From contig CM119266.1 in the NCBI GenBank assembly GCA_051294375.1, positions 9,122,538 to 9,186,297 on the forward strand: a DNA stretch of 63,760 nucleotides. Direction: 5' to 3'. The DNA comes from Paraspadella gotoi (Eukaryota; Animalia; Chaetognatha). Positions 51,345 through 63,760 of the stretch are shown piece after piece. Under the pieces are notes generated by a model, which saw nothing but the letters and a program-made list of their open reading frames with translations, made no database searches and was not told the DNA's origin. Each line of letters begins with the position of its first letter. The stretch's first letter is position 1. Position numbers and translations under genes: made by a program.

Positions 51345-54300
51345 TAGAGAAAAAATACAAACAAAATTTCTGCGTCAACAAGTGAGCAAAACGCTGAGGG
51401 AAAAAGAAGTTTGGCGTGGAAAATAATGAAGCTAATTGAAGAAAAGGGAAGATATTCAAGCAGGCAATTCTAAATTTCAAAAAATTGGAAATAAATTTTT
51501 TTCATTTATAAATATTTAGCGGTTAAAATTCTTGGGTAAAATTATGTTTAAAAACCAAAAAAAAGATTAGTTTCCCTGAGTTCATTTCCTACACGGCAGT
51601 AATTAATTTTAGATTTTATTTCCTACCGGCACAGCAAAGGCACAAAGTAATTTTACATTCAGAAGAGAAATTTGTTTCACTTGGTCTTGGGGCAATTCCG
51701 ATTAGCCTTAGTGCATGACCACTGTAGTCTAGATCCCAGGTCTGTAACATTTTCTTTTTAATCATAGCGAATCCGAGCATACTACCGTATGTACTCGATT
51801 AAGCCTGGCGGGTTCTAAACGATATCTCTTATACTATTTTTTTATTTATGACCATGATCGTATCATTTTTACGTTTGGCTTTTATTTTGCCTGTTGCTTG
51901 GAAAGAATTGTTTCTCGAAAAAAAAGTAACAAATTTAGAATCTAGTAGATATCACGAGAAAGGTAGTTCGTGAAAAAAAAAAACGTCCTTTCTCGTCCAT
52001 CGTTGGTCCCACTGCCCCCCCCTTAGTTCCGTCACTTCCTCCTTTTTTAGTCTCGAGGTCGAAAAAAAAGTATTTTCAACCTTTGAGGTGAAAGGACGCG
52101 ACAGAACTCGGATTCTCCGGATTCTTCCGGCACCCTTACGCTTGTAACCTCACTTAACCGTCACGCTTACCCAGATCCCAAACTTTTATATGTTCCTTTA
52201 CTATACTCAGAAAACTTCACTCTGCCATTTATTGTTATTGGTGAATAAGAGTCCTTTGGCCCAATAAAATTTATAAACATAAGGCATAACTAAATAAATA
52301 ATTCTAAACCCGAGTTGGAAACTAAAAACAGCGATAGAAATAGCGCTGAGAAATAGTACTTTTACCAGCGACATTTAAAATTGTATTCAGAATTTATGAG
52401 ATCGTTCTTCGAGAGAATTAGGAGAAGGATCGCGGAATCGCTGCAAAATAAGCCGATGAGGATTTGAGGAATCTCAAAAGTCCCCGGATTCTCGACCCTC
52501 ATTTCGCTGTTCTCAAATCATAATTTTTTTTCTTTGGGGGAAGGGGCGAGGAGGGCAGAGCGCAAAATAGATGAAAAGAAAAAGAAAAGGAGAAGGACGA
52601 AGAAAGGAAAAAGTAAGAAGCAAAGGAAAAGGAGAATAAAGGAAATGAAAAACGAGTCAGAATGAGAGGAAAAATACAAAAAAAAAAGAAGGTTGGAAAC
52701 TGACAGGACTTAAAAGCACTATATAGGCGAAATGAAAGGACATAAAGAAAAAATGGGAAAAAGCGAAAAAGCTTTAAACAGAAGGTCAAGGTAAAAAAAA
52801 GAGAGAGAGAAAGGGAGAGAAATAAAACAAAACAAAATTTAACCAAAAAAGGCCGGTTCTAAAAAAGACAAACAAAATACGGGTGGCGAAAACAGTAGAA
52901 AGAAAAAAAGGTAATTGTAATTCTGGGTCGCTTGTTATCTCTGTCTCACTGTCTATTTGACTGTCCCTGTCGCTCTGTGTCTCTCTACCTAATCTTTCTG
53001 TCAGTCTCGTCTCTTTTTTCCTTAGGAGTTGAAAACTGGATATGTATATTGTTTAAGCGTGGAAGAGTGAGAGAAAGAAACACGGAACTAAATGTTAAAC
53101 CAATAAAGAGTCTGCGCAAAAAAATGAGAAGAGAAAAAAAGGAAGAGAGAAGAGAAAATAGAAAAATAACTTAAAGAAAAAATATAAAATCAGTAAGAGA
53201 AGAAAAGAGCGAAAATAAGAAAGAGAAAAGAGGAAAATAGAAAGAGAAAAGGAGAAAATCAGAAAAGAGAAAATAGGAAGAGAAATGAGAATAGAGAGAA
53301 GAAAAAAGAAAGAAGATAATAAGAGGAAGAGGAGGAAAGCGGAAAATCGCAGAGTCAGACAGAGAGAGAGAGAGAGAGAGAAGAGAGAGAAGAAGAGAGA
53401 GAGAGAGAGAGACAAAGAAGAGGACAGAGACGGTGGAGTCTGCAATGGGTGAGGGAATCAATCCTCGCCTTGGACTTGGGGTGTGCAGCAAGAAGGCGCG
53501 AAGGGAAAAAATATTATGTTTTGTTTTAAAAGAGGCTTGATCCATAAAAAAAATAAAAATAACTGTTTTTGTGATCAAACTTTTTGACAAAAAAATTTTA
53601 AAGCACAAAGTAGTTTCATGTCATGGATTCCTCGCTATTAAGAAGGATAAGGCAATCGTTTTAACGCCAAGTCATATTTCTCCCTTATGAAAAATTTAAT
53701 TTTACAATGTAAATCTAACATTTATATACATGAACGAACCACGTGTCTCGCGAGCAACGACCGGAGTATTCTAGAGTCTCGGCGAGAGAATGAAGGAAAG
53801 CAGAAAAGAAAAGTCAAAACTGAAGGTTTGAAAAAATTAGAGGGAAAAACAAAAGAAAGAATGTAAAAGAAATGAAGAAAAAGAGAAGAAAAAAAATGGA
53901 AAAGAAAAAAAGAAGAAAAGAGAAAAGGAAGAGACAGATTAAAAAGGAGAGAGAAAAGACGAGATGGAACAAAGAAATAACGAATGCAATTTAATGGAGG
54001 AGAGATAGCAGACTGGCGTTAGAGACCGAGAGAGAGATGGACGAGAGAGACGAGAGAGAGGAAGAGAGAGAGAGAGAGTCAACAGAGGCTGAACGGAAGG
54101 TTTCCATCAATTTTAAAGCCTCCATCTTCACTGCATGAGACGATGGAGGGCGAAGGCAGACAAGGATGAGAGAGATGAGAGACGACAGAGATGAAAGATA
54201 GAAGGAGATGAGAGAGCAAGAGAGAGGAGAGAGAGAGAGAAGAAAGAAGAGAGATGAGAGAGGATGGAGAGGAGACGTAGAGAAGCACGCGTTGGCGAGA

Positions 54301-54835
54301 GACGATGCCGTCAAACGAGGACATTGCGATTGGTGAACAGGTGCGTGAGTTAAGAGGGAATGGGAAGAAAAAGGTTTAAGAAAAAGGACGCCTTTCCTGC
54401 CCTAGGAAAAGCAAGCTAAACAGTATTCATCTATCATCGTTAGCTGGTGTCTTTTATATATAGAATATTTCAATGTAAGCCTCCCACCGTTGCTTCCAGT
54501 ATATGTTCATCAATGACGTCACAAATACGATTGCATCAGTCATAATGACGTCACTGAAAAGACACATACGCTCTGCGTCATTGTAAGTGACGTCATTCAA
54601 GTGCCTTTCAAGGACTCGCGACATATTACTCAATTTGTTGAAATATTTTTCGAAGTTCGAATTCTTTTGAAAAAATAAACTATATTTAAAAAATTACAAA
54701 AATAATTAATGGGATATTGATTCCTTGATTCTTTTTACCTTTTTTCCCTTAAGTTTTTCTTTCACATCGTAAACTTGGTAAGATGAGAAAAAAAAGAGAA
54801 ACAAAACCGAGAAAGAAAATTCCCATTCTGTTCTC

Positions 54836-57470
54836 ACTTCTTGCCGGAAAGTCGGAGCGCCGCAAACGAGACGCCGAACAGAGGCGGTGACCGGTAAGCC
54901 GACGACCCGTTAACGAGAGGCTCCGACGGCACGCCGTGGTTGTTTGTTGTTGGGCGTCGTGCGTCGTCGTCGTTTTGCGGGACGCGACGCGTCGCTTCAC
55001 CGACTGCAGCCTGGAAGACGCAAAACAAATGCAGTAAGAAGAAACACGCGGAAAGAGGGGGGAAAGTGGGGATGAGAGGGGGCGAGAGGAGAAGGGGAAA
55101 AGGAGGGGGAGAGAGACAAGGGAGGAAAGAGAGGGTGAGGGCAGGAAGAGGAAAGGGAACGGGAGAGAGAAAGGGTGAGAGGGAGAAAGAGAGCGGGGTG
55201 AGAGGGGAGAAAGGCGAGAGGCGAGAGAGAAAAAGAGCAGATAAAGGGAGCGACTGTGGGGCGGAAGTGGGGAAAGTAATGTGAGGGGGAGAAGAAATGG
55301 CAGTCGGGGTAGGGGGGAATTAGAGGGATGGAAGCGAAAGGGGAAGTGGAGCGGACAGTTGTGAGGGGAAAAAGACGGGATGGGAGAGAGGCATTCTGAG
55401 GGAAGAAGAGGGAATGGAGAGTCAGAGGAAATATGGAAGAGGAAAAAAAAAGAGAAAAAAAGCTTCGTTTTTTTTCTTAAATGTTGGAAAAGAGAGAAAT
55501 GGGAATCGGTGCAGCTCAAGAACAAAGACGGGGAAATTAACAGGAAAGGAAAAAGAAGAAAAAAAAGAAAGGAATATGAATAAGAAAAACAAGAAGTAAA
55601 GTACTCTAACAGATGTTATATGTTAGGTAACATATGAAGAATATAAACGAAAGAATGAAATTATAAAGAAAGTATAATGACGGTGAATAAAAACAAAGAG
55701 AGCAATGCTGGAATGAACACAAGTAAATAAAAACACGAAAAGATGAAACGAACGACGGCGATGAATACAGGAAGCGAACATGAAGCGAATACATAATCGG
55801 ATGAAATTGTGATGATATGAAATAACATACCTTATGACATTGAGATTCGAAATTGAACAAAATAATGATTACTGACGCCATAAATGCAATTCAATCAATC
55901 ACCGTTCTCTCCTCCGTTCGGCGTTTCCGACCGCCAGCGTCGACTTTTTCCGAACGATTGGACGGAGAGACGTGAAAGGTTAGGTGACGCCAGTCGCAGT
56001 CGCGTTCGTCCGTCGTTCGTCCTCCCTGCGGTTGTCACGGCGCCGACGCTGCGCTGCCGCCGCTGCCGACCAGCGCCGTCTGGAGCGGCTCTCGCCCGAC
56101 GAGGAGAGAAGCGATTTTGAGCGCATAATTTCGGCATCGTGGAAACTGAGAAGAGAGAGAGAGAGAGGAGACAGAGAGAGACGAGAGAGAGAAGAGAGAG
56201 AGCAGAGAGAGAGAGAGAAGAGAGAAGATGAAGAGGTTAGAATGCGGCTGTACAAAAAAAAAGTCAATTTCCTTGAGAATAGACGAGGCCAATCAAAGGT
56301 GAGTTCAACGTTTTGGGTAAACAAAAGGTAAACAGGCTAACACGAGCGGCGAATTCGGACGTGGTAAGGATTGTGCACGAGGTGAACGAACGGATACTGG
56401 TAACTGGGAAGGAATAAGCGAACGAATGGAAACGTGAGGATAAAGATGATAATGAAAAAGCGGGTTGGAGGAGGGGGGGGCCAGAGATAGTTTAAAGAAC
56501 AATTCTATAATATTAATAAACTTCAAATTTACAATTTTTGTCTTTTCGGATGGATGCGAGGGAAAAGGGATAAAACAACATGTTAGGATTAAATATGGAC
56601 GAATGCGCGGACGAGTTGTAACGAAATATTTATATAAAACATTGATTGAATGATTGCAAACGAATGCAGTTTGCGAATTATATGCAAGATCATTTTCTAT
56701 CGAGGAATCACAATTTCAATTTTTTAATAATGGAAAAATTTACACATTTAATTTAATTCAGTTAATTATTTTTTCGCTGATGAATTCAACATGTAACGCG
56801 CCATCAAGTTTTGAATTTTTAAGTTTGCCATGGAAAAAAACATTGCCGACAAAAAAACGGAGATTGAAGGTGATGAAGAGACAGAGAGAGAGAGACAGAA
56901 GAAGATACAGAGAGATACAGAAAGAGATAGAGACGAGGACAGAGAGAGACGGGAGAGAACAGAAAGAGGACCACAGAAGAGACAGAGAGAGACAGAAGAG
57001 GACAGAAGAGACAAGAAATAACGGAGAAAGAGACAAAAAGAGATAGAAGGACATAGAGAGACAGAAACAAGACAGAAAGGGACAGAGAGATAGAGACACA
57101 CTCCGTCTCCTCCTACGTACCGCTTGCCGGAGATCGGCACCGGCGTGACCGCCGCGGTGTCATGAGTAGCCGGCGTGAGAGCGACGGGGTGAGAACCTCG
57201 GAGTGGGTCGACGGAGCTTGTGTTGAGGAGCGGCCGCCGAGGAGAGTCACGTGCAAGAGGATGAAGAGCGCATGTGGCGGCAGAGTGGCGCCAGGAGTGA
57301 TGGCAACTGGCGCTGAGGGTGAGACCGTCTTTGGCGCCGCGCCTTTGCGCTGAGGACGGAGAATTTCTTTGCGACCGAAAACGGTCAGGTTCGAGACTAA
57401 TTTTGGTTATCACGTCGAAACGACGACGGACAACGACTGACACGAAAACAACAACAAAATTTCCCGCCAT
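54836..57470 (-). other. GC-rich exon-like islands (~54836-55010, ~55903-56146, ~57121-57400), probably low-complexity N-terminal DGK exons with sequencing indels
   Basis: They sit on the DGK strand bounded by pyrimidine-tract/AG acceptors or GT donors. The frames are not fully consistent. Confidence 0.35.
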
Positions 57471-58102
57471 TCGAATCCTCGGACGTGGTCAACATTATCT
57501 GACGAGTTGTTGAGTTCTTTCCCGCCTCTCGATGTCAGGTTATAAAATAAACCAGACCGTAAAACAAACCAAAAAAAAGTTAGAAAAAACTAAAACGATC
57601 GCCATGAGGGGCGCCAATTTTTTCTCTGACGGTTGTGCATTGGCCCCTAGTGGGGAGTTGCCCTTACGTTTCTTAAACTGTATGATTTTTTTGGACACGA
57701 AGATCGAAAGTTGTTTTTTGTTCCTTCTCCGTCATCGTTAGGTTTTTGTCGTCGTCGTCGTCGTCGTTTTCGTCGTCGTCGTCACCAATTTTTGGGCGCG
57801 ACGACTTCAGAGGCACGAATATTATCGATCGTCAGAATATCGATATTATATTATATATATTATATATTATATTATATTATATTATATTATCGATAGTCAT
57901 AATATCAATAGTAATAAATTATTAGCGATTTGAAATTAGTACAAATTGTGTTTCCTTTCTAAAAATAGAACAGCGAGAACTAATTTAATNNNNNNNNNNN
58001 NNNNNNNNNNNNNNNNNNNNNNNNNNNNNNNNNNNNNNNNNNNNNNNNNNNNNNNNNNNNNNNNNNNNNNNNNNNNNNNNNNNNNNNNNNNNNNNNNNNN
58101 NN

Positions 58103-58136
<34 letters not shown>

Positions 58137-58769
58137 CTCTTAAATTCTCACTCGTCACAACGACGTTGTTCCTCTTAACGGGGATAAAAAGTAGAGTTTT
58201 GAGCAATGACGTTTATGGATTAGATATTGTAACGACGACGACAGTGACGACGACGACGACGACGANNNNNNNNNNNNNNNNNNNNNNNNNNNNNNNNNNN
58301 NNNNNNNNNNNNNNNNNNNNNNNNNNNNNNNNNNNNNNNNNNNNNNNNNNNNNNNNNNNNNNNNNNNNNNNNNNNNNNNNNNNNNNNNNNNNNNNNNNNN
58401 NNNNNNNNNNNNNNNNNNNNNNNNNNNNNNNNNNNNNNNNNNNNNNNNNNNNNNNNNNNNNNNNNNNNNNNNNNNNNNNNNNNNNNNNNNNNNNNNNNNN
58501 NNNNNNNNNNNNNNNNNNNNNNTTATAGGATATATATATGAAAATATATAAACTATGTAATAATTATAATTATAATTAAAAAAAATGATAATGACGATAA
58601 CGACGTTGAGAATGATAAGAACTATCATCAGGATTGTCAACGAAGATGCAAACAATATTGCCGTCAATGCAGCAACCGACGAAGCCATTACAAACATTAA
58701 TATGCGTTTTATTTCGAATTCAACAAGGTTGATTCNNNNNNNNNNNNNNNNNNNNNNNNNAGGAGAGAG

Positions 58770-61700
58770 ATTATTCCTCATTTAGATCCAAGATATATTT
58801 CATTTCGCTCATACATGTTAAAAATGTATGTATAAGTATGTATGAAACGATTTGTCAGGAACCAAAAAAGGTTTTTGACGGACGGAAAATGACGTCATAA
58901 TAGATTCGGGCGAAATTTGTTTTTCCAAATTAAGAATATTTTGCGTAATTAATTCAATTATTTTAACATTTGTGACTTTTCGCTATGATGCCTTTAACAA
59001 ATGTTTGGAAGCGGAAGGACGCCCGAAGCATTTTTTCATCTTTCTCCATCGATTTGAATAAAAATTCCGATCTTCTGACCTGAGACGGAAAAAAAAAAAA
59101 AAAAAAAAACTTTGAAAAAAAATTTAAAATTTTCATTGAGAAAGCTGGAATCGAAAACATCAATCGTCACATCGTCATCGGTCGTCATAAGATGCATCGT
59201 CAATAATCAATCGTTCATAATCATCGTCATAAAATCATCGTCATCATCATACGTCGTCATCATCGTCATCGTCATCATCGACGTCGCCATCATACGTCCG
59301 TCGTCTCTAGAGATAGATTTTTTTGGACACGAGATCGAAAGTATGATTTTTTGTTCGCTGTCTCCGTCATCGTTAGGGTTTTTGTCGTGCAGTCGTCGTC
59401 GTCTTCGTCGTGCGTTTTCTTCGTCGTCGTACGCACCGTAATTTTTGGGCGCGACGAACTTTGCAGAGGCACGAATATTATCCGATCGTCAAAATATGCA
59501 TACTTATATATATTAATATTATATTATGATATTGTACAAATATAAAATATATCCACTTCATTTAAATAAATAACTTTGCCTATATTGGGCATTCAGTATC
59601 TTTGTGATTTGATCTAGTGCCGGTAAGTTCCATCAATCTGGTGTCTTATCAATGATACATCGAAATAGGTACAGGTTCAGCATAGGGAAGCTCAGTACTC
59701 TGGATAAAAAGAGACTGGTCTCGAGAAGTCTCGTTTGACTTGCAGATCCGTAATAATATTAAATAGAGGCCTTAAACCATCCAAAAAAGCAGGCAAGATT
59801 CAGCCATTATAATAATGATATTATATATGCTTGTATTCATTTAGAGTCAAATTCAGTAACATTGGATGAATTGTATGTGTTTCCTTTTAAAAATAGAAAG
59901 CGAGACTATATATAATGACATTGTCATCTTCATACTGTCTTTGTCGAATTTTTGGTCTTTGGTGATGGCGCATTGTATAATACTGAATCATTGATGTTCC
60001 ATCATCATCAACATCATGTAATCATTATCATGCCGCGTCGTTCATTCATGCTCGGCCGTCGGTCCATTAAAGGAGAGAGAGTGAAAACTCGCGTTACGCG
60101 TGAATAGAGTCCGTCCGTGCGTCGTCGTCCGCGTCGCTCGTCGTCTCGTCGTCGTCGTCGTGTCGTCGTGCGTCGTCAGTCTCGCTCTTAAATTCTGGTG
60201 CCGCTTGTCGAATCGTAGTACAACACAACGACGTGTTCCTTTAACGGGATAAAATAGGTTTTGAAGCAATGACGTTTATGATTAGATGAGTTGGTGAAAA
60301 GCGACACACAGTGACGAAACGAGCGACGGACGAACAACGACGACACGACTACTTAACACAATTTCCGCACGTCGCGATGAAACTTGATAGAGCTTGAAAT
60401 ATTGAAACCGGGAAACCATTCCGTGATCGACGTAATTCTCTGTTATAGGAATATAATAAAATATAGTAAACTATGGCTAATAATTATAATTGAATAGGAA
60501 TTTAAAAAAGAATATAATAGGAGATCGTAGTAACGACGTTTTGAGAATGAAAGAACTATCATGCAGGAAGTTGTCAATGCACGAGAGATGCTAAACGATG
60601 ACAATTATTTGCCGGTCAATTGCAGGCAACCTCGGACGAAAGCCATTACAAACATTAAATATGCCGTTTTATTTCAATCAACAAGGTTGATTCATACATA
60701 CAGAGCATCCTAAAAAAAGCTAGACTAAAGACATAAAGCAAAGTTAAAGACTGCCTGGAAATCTACGCGCTGCATATGACAAAACAAGTCTAAAAGTTAT
60801 TGATTTAAATATTTGATATATTAAAGAATGCGACATTCTTTTGAAAAATAAAATTTTGCTAACAGTAATCTTAAAATTTTTTTACGCTTGATTAAAAAAC
60901 ATGGTAGATAATATCGACTAGTGAGCACAACCCAAAGAGGAAAGGTGACCACTGAGCAGGTTGTCGAAATGAATAAAAGATGATAAAGAAATGAGCAATT
61001 AATGACTCACCGGTCTGAGCTCCGAGACGTCCCAGCCGAGATACTCGGCGACCGTCATCATCTGATCCACGATGGAGTCAATTTCTTTCTTGTCCAGAAA
61101 TCCGTTGCCGTCCATGTCGTAAATGCGGAATACGACTGGATTCAAAAATTGGAATTAAAATACGGATTAAAATGTATTTAATAAGGGTAATTAGGGAATT
61201 TTTTTAAAATTTTTTATTCTTTAATATTCGTTTATTCATTAATTCGCACATTTACGTACCGATCTATTCATTCTTGCTAAAAAAGAATTTGTTTTTTAGT
61301 AAGAACAAGGCATTATTCACTATTCACTATTCACTATTCACAGTAATTAAAAAAAAAATATTTCACATCGTCTCTTTCAATCTCTATCCTTGATATTCGG
61401 ACTTACATTCGAGCTTGTCCTCTGGGCGACCACCTTCAAGCAGCGAGAGGTAACAGACGATGTCTTTGAGTTCGACGGCGTCGACCGAGGTCGCTCCGGT
61501 CGCGCCTAGAGAAAAAAAAAAACAAATTCTGCGTCAACAAGTGAACAACGTGAGGGAAAAAAAGTTTGGCGTAAAATTTAATGAAGCTAATTAAGAAAAG
61601 GGAAGATATTCAACAGCAATTATAATTTCAAAAAATTGGATAAATTTTTTTCATTTATAAATATTACGTTAAAATTCTGGGTAAAATTATGTTTAAAACC

Positions 61701-63760
61701 AAAAAAAAATTAGTTTCCCTGAGTTCATTTCCTACACGGCAGGTAATTAATTTTAGATTTTATTTCTACCGGCACGCAAAGGCACAAAGTAATTTTACAT
61801 TCAGAAGAGAATTTGTTTCACTTTTCTTGGGGCAATTCCGATTAGCCTTTGCATGACCACTTTAGTCTAGATCCAGGTCTGTAACATTTTTTTTTAATCT
61901 AGCGAATCGAGCATACTACTATGTACTCGATTAGACTGCGTGGTTTCTAAACGAATATCTCTTACTATTTTTTTATTTATGACCATGATTCGTATCATTT
62001 TTAACGTTTGGCTTTATTTGCCTGTTGCTTGGAAAGAATTTTCTCGAAAAAAAAGTAACAAATTTAAATCTATAGAATCACGAAAAGGTATCGTGAAAAA
62101 AAAAACCCTTTTCTCCATCGTTGGTCCCACTCCCCCCCCTTATTTCCTCATTTCCTCCTTTTTTAGTCTCGAGTCGAAAAAAAGTTTTCAACCTTTGAGG
62201 TGAAAGACGCGACAGGAACTCGATTCTCCGATTCTCGCGACCTTACCTTAACCTCACCTTAACCTCACCTTACCACAGATCCAAACTTTTATATTTCCCT
62301 TTACTACTCAGAAAACTTCACTCTGCAGTTATTGTATTGTGAATAAAGAGTCCTTTGCCAATAAATTATAAACATAAGGAAACTAAATAAATAATTCTAA
62401 CCCGAGTTGGAAACTAAAACAGCGATAAAATAGCGCTGAGAAATAGTATTTTACCAGGACATTTAAAATTGTTCAGAATTTATGAGATCGGTTTTCCGAG
62501 AGAATTTAGGAGAAGGATTCGGGAATCGGCTAAAAATAAGCCGATGAGGATTGAGGAATCTCAAAAGTCCCGGATTCTCGACCCTCATTTCGCTTTTCTC
62601 GGAAATCTAATTTTTTTTTTGGGGGGGAAGGGGCGGGAGGGAGGAAGAGGAAAATAGATGAAAAGAAAAAGAAAGGAAAAGGAGAAGAAAGGAAAAGTAG
62701 AAGAAAGGAAAAGGAGAATAAAGGAAATGAAAAACGATAGAATGAGAGGAAAAATAAAAAAAAAGAAGGTGAAACTGAAGGTTAAAAGGATATATAGGGA
62801 AATGAAAGGACATAAAAGAAAAATGGGAAAAAGGTAAAAAGCTTAAACAGAAGGTCAAGTAAAAAAAAGAGAGAGAGAAAGGGAGAGAAATAAAACAAAA
62901 CAAAAATTTAACAAAAAGGGTTAAAAAGACAAACAAAATACGGGTGGCGAAAACATAGAAAAGAAAAAAAGGTAATTGTAATCTGGCTCGCTTGTTATCT
63001 CTGTCTCACTGTCTATTGACTGTCTGTCGCTCTGTGTCTCTCTACCTATCTTTCTGTCAGTCTGTCTCTTTTTTCCTGGAGTGAAAACTGGATATGTATA
63101 TTGTATAAGCGTGGGAAGTGAGAGAAAGAAACACGGAACTAAATGTTAAAAATAAAGAGTGGAAAAAAATGAGAAGAGAAAAAAGGAAGAGAGAAGAGAA
63201 AATAGAAAATATAAAGAAAAAATATAAAATAGTAAGAGAAAAGAGAAAATAGAAAGAGAAAAGAGAAAATAGAAGAGAAAATAGGAAGAAAGAGAAAATA
63301 GAAAGAGAAAAGAAAAGAAAAGAAGATAAATATAGAGAAGAGAAAAGGAAAAATCGAGAGTCAGACGAGAAAAGAGAGAGAAGAGAAAGAGAGAAGAGAG
63401 AAGAGGAGAGAGAGAAAAGAGAGAGAAGACACAGAGACGGTGGGAGTCTGATGGGTGAGGGAAATCAATCCTCGCTCTTGGACTTGGTGCAGCAGAAGCG
63501 GAAGGAAAAATATTTATGTTTGTTTAATGTATTTGAATAAATGAAAAGAGGCTTGTATAAAAAAATAAAAATAACTGTTTTGTGATTCAACTTTTGAAAA
63601 AAAATTTTAAAGCACAAAGTAGTTTCATGTCATGGATTCCTCGCTTATTAAGAAGGGATAAGCAATCGTTTTAACGCCAAGTCATTATTTCTCCCTTTAT
63701 GAAAATTGTAATTTTACAATGTAAACTAAATTTTATACATGAACGAACACGAGTCTCGGA
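58770..63760 (+). repeat. Direct duplicate of ~48120-53760; a third partial copy is at 57680-58735
   Basis: Co-linear throughout, for example TCATTTAGATCCAA.GATATATTTC at both starts and CATGAACGAAC..CG.GTCTCG at both ends. The copies differ mainly by small indels and are flanked by N gaps. Confidence 0.95.
61011..61505 (-). CDS. DGK: Intact versions of two DGK EF-hand-region exons within the duplicate
   Basis: Exon 61407-61505 gives [23 protein letters not shown] and exon 61011-61135 gives [42 protein letters not shown]. The phases fit the 45447 acceptor. Confidence 0.9.

Noticed and set aside
62241-62274. CCTTA/ACCTC repeats resembling telomeric TTAGG
   Set aside because: Only a few degenerate units in noisy intronic sequence.

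Overview
Eukaryotic genomic DNA with spliceosomal introns, from an invertebrate animal (an innexin is present). All gene models were spliced and translated by hand. From left to right: (1) a divergent class A GPCR (+), whose tail appears to end in a retrotransposon-type CCHC domain; (2) aralar/citrin (SLC25A12/13, -), whose 6.16-kb intron holds two antisense nested genes, a Tctex-1 dynein light chain and HEATR4, and whose last exons are not in the window; (3) HAT1 (+), head-to-head with aralar; (4) an innexin (+); (5) a three-KH PCBP/mub gene (+); (6) a small candidate neuropeptide precursor (-); (7) a C6orf118-like gene (-); (8) a large type I diacylglycerol kinase gene (-) with unusual in-frame cassette exons. 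Repeats include a ~0.4-kb family (about 10 full or partial copies) with a degenerate minimal hammerhead-like motif, a tRNA-SINE-like family, two Tc1/mariner-type MITEs and many microsatellites. The last ~16 kb is low-quality, gap-filled and duplicated, most likely an assembly artefact. No CRISPR array, rRNA or intact tRNA gene was seen.
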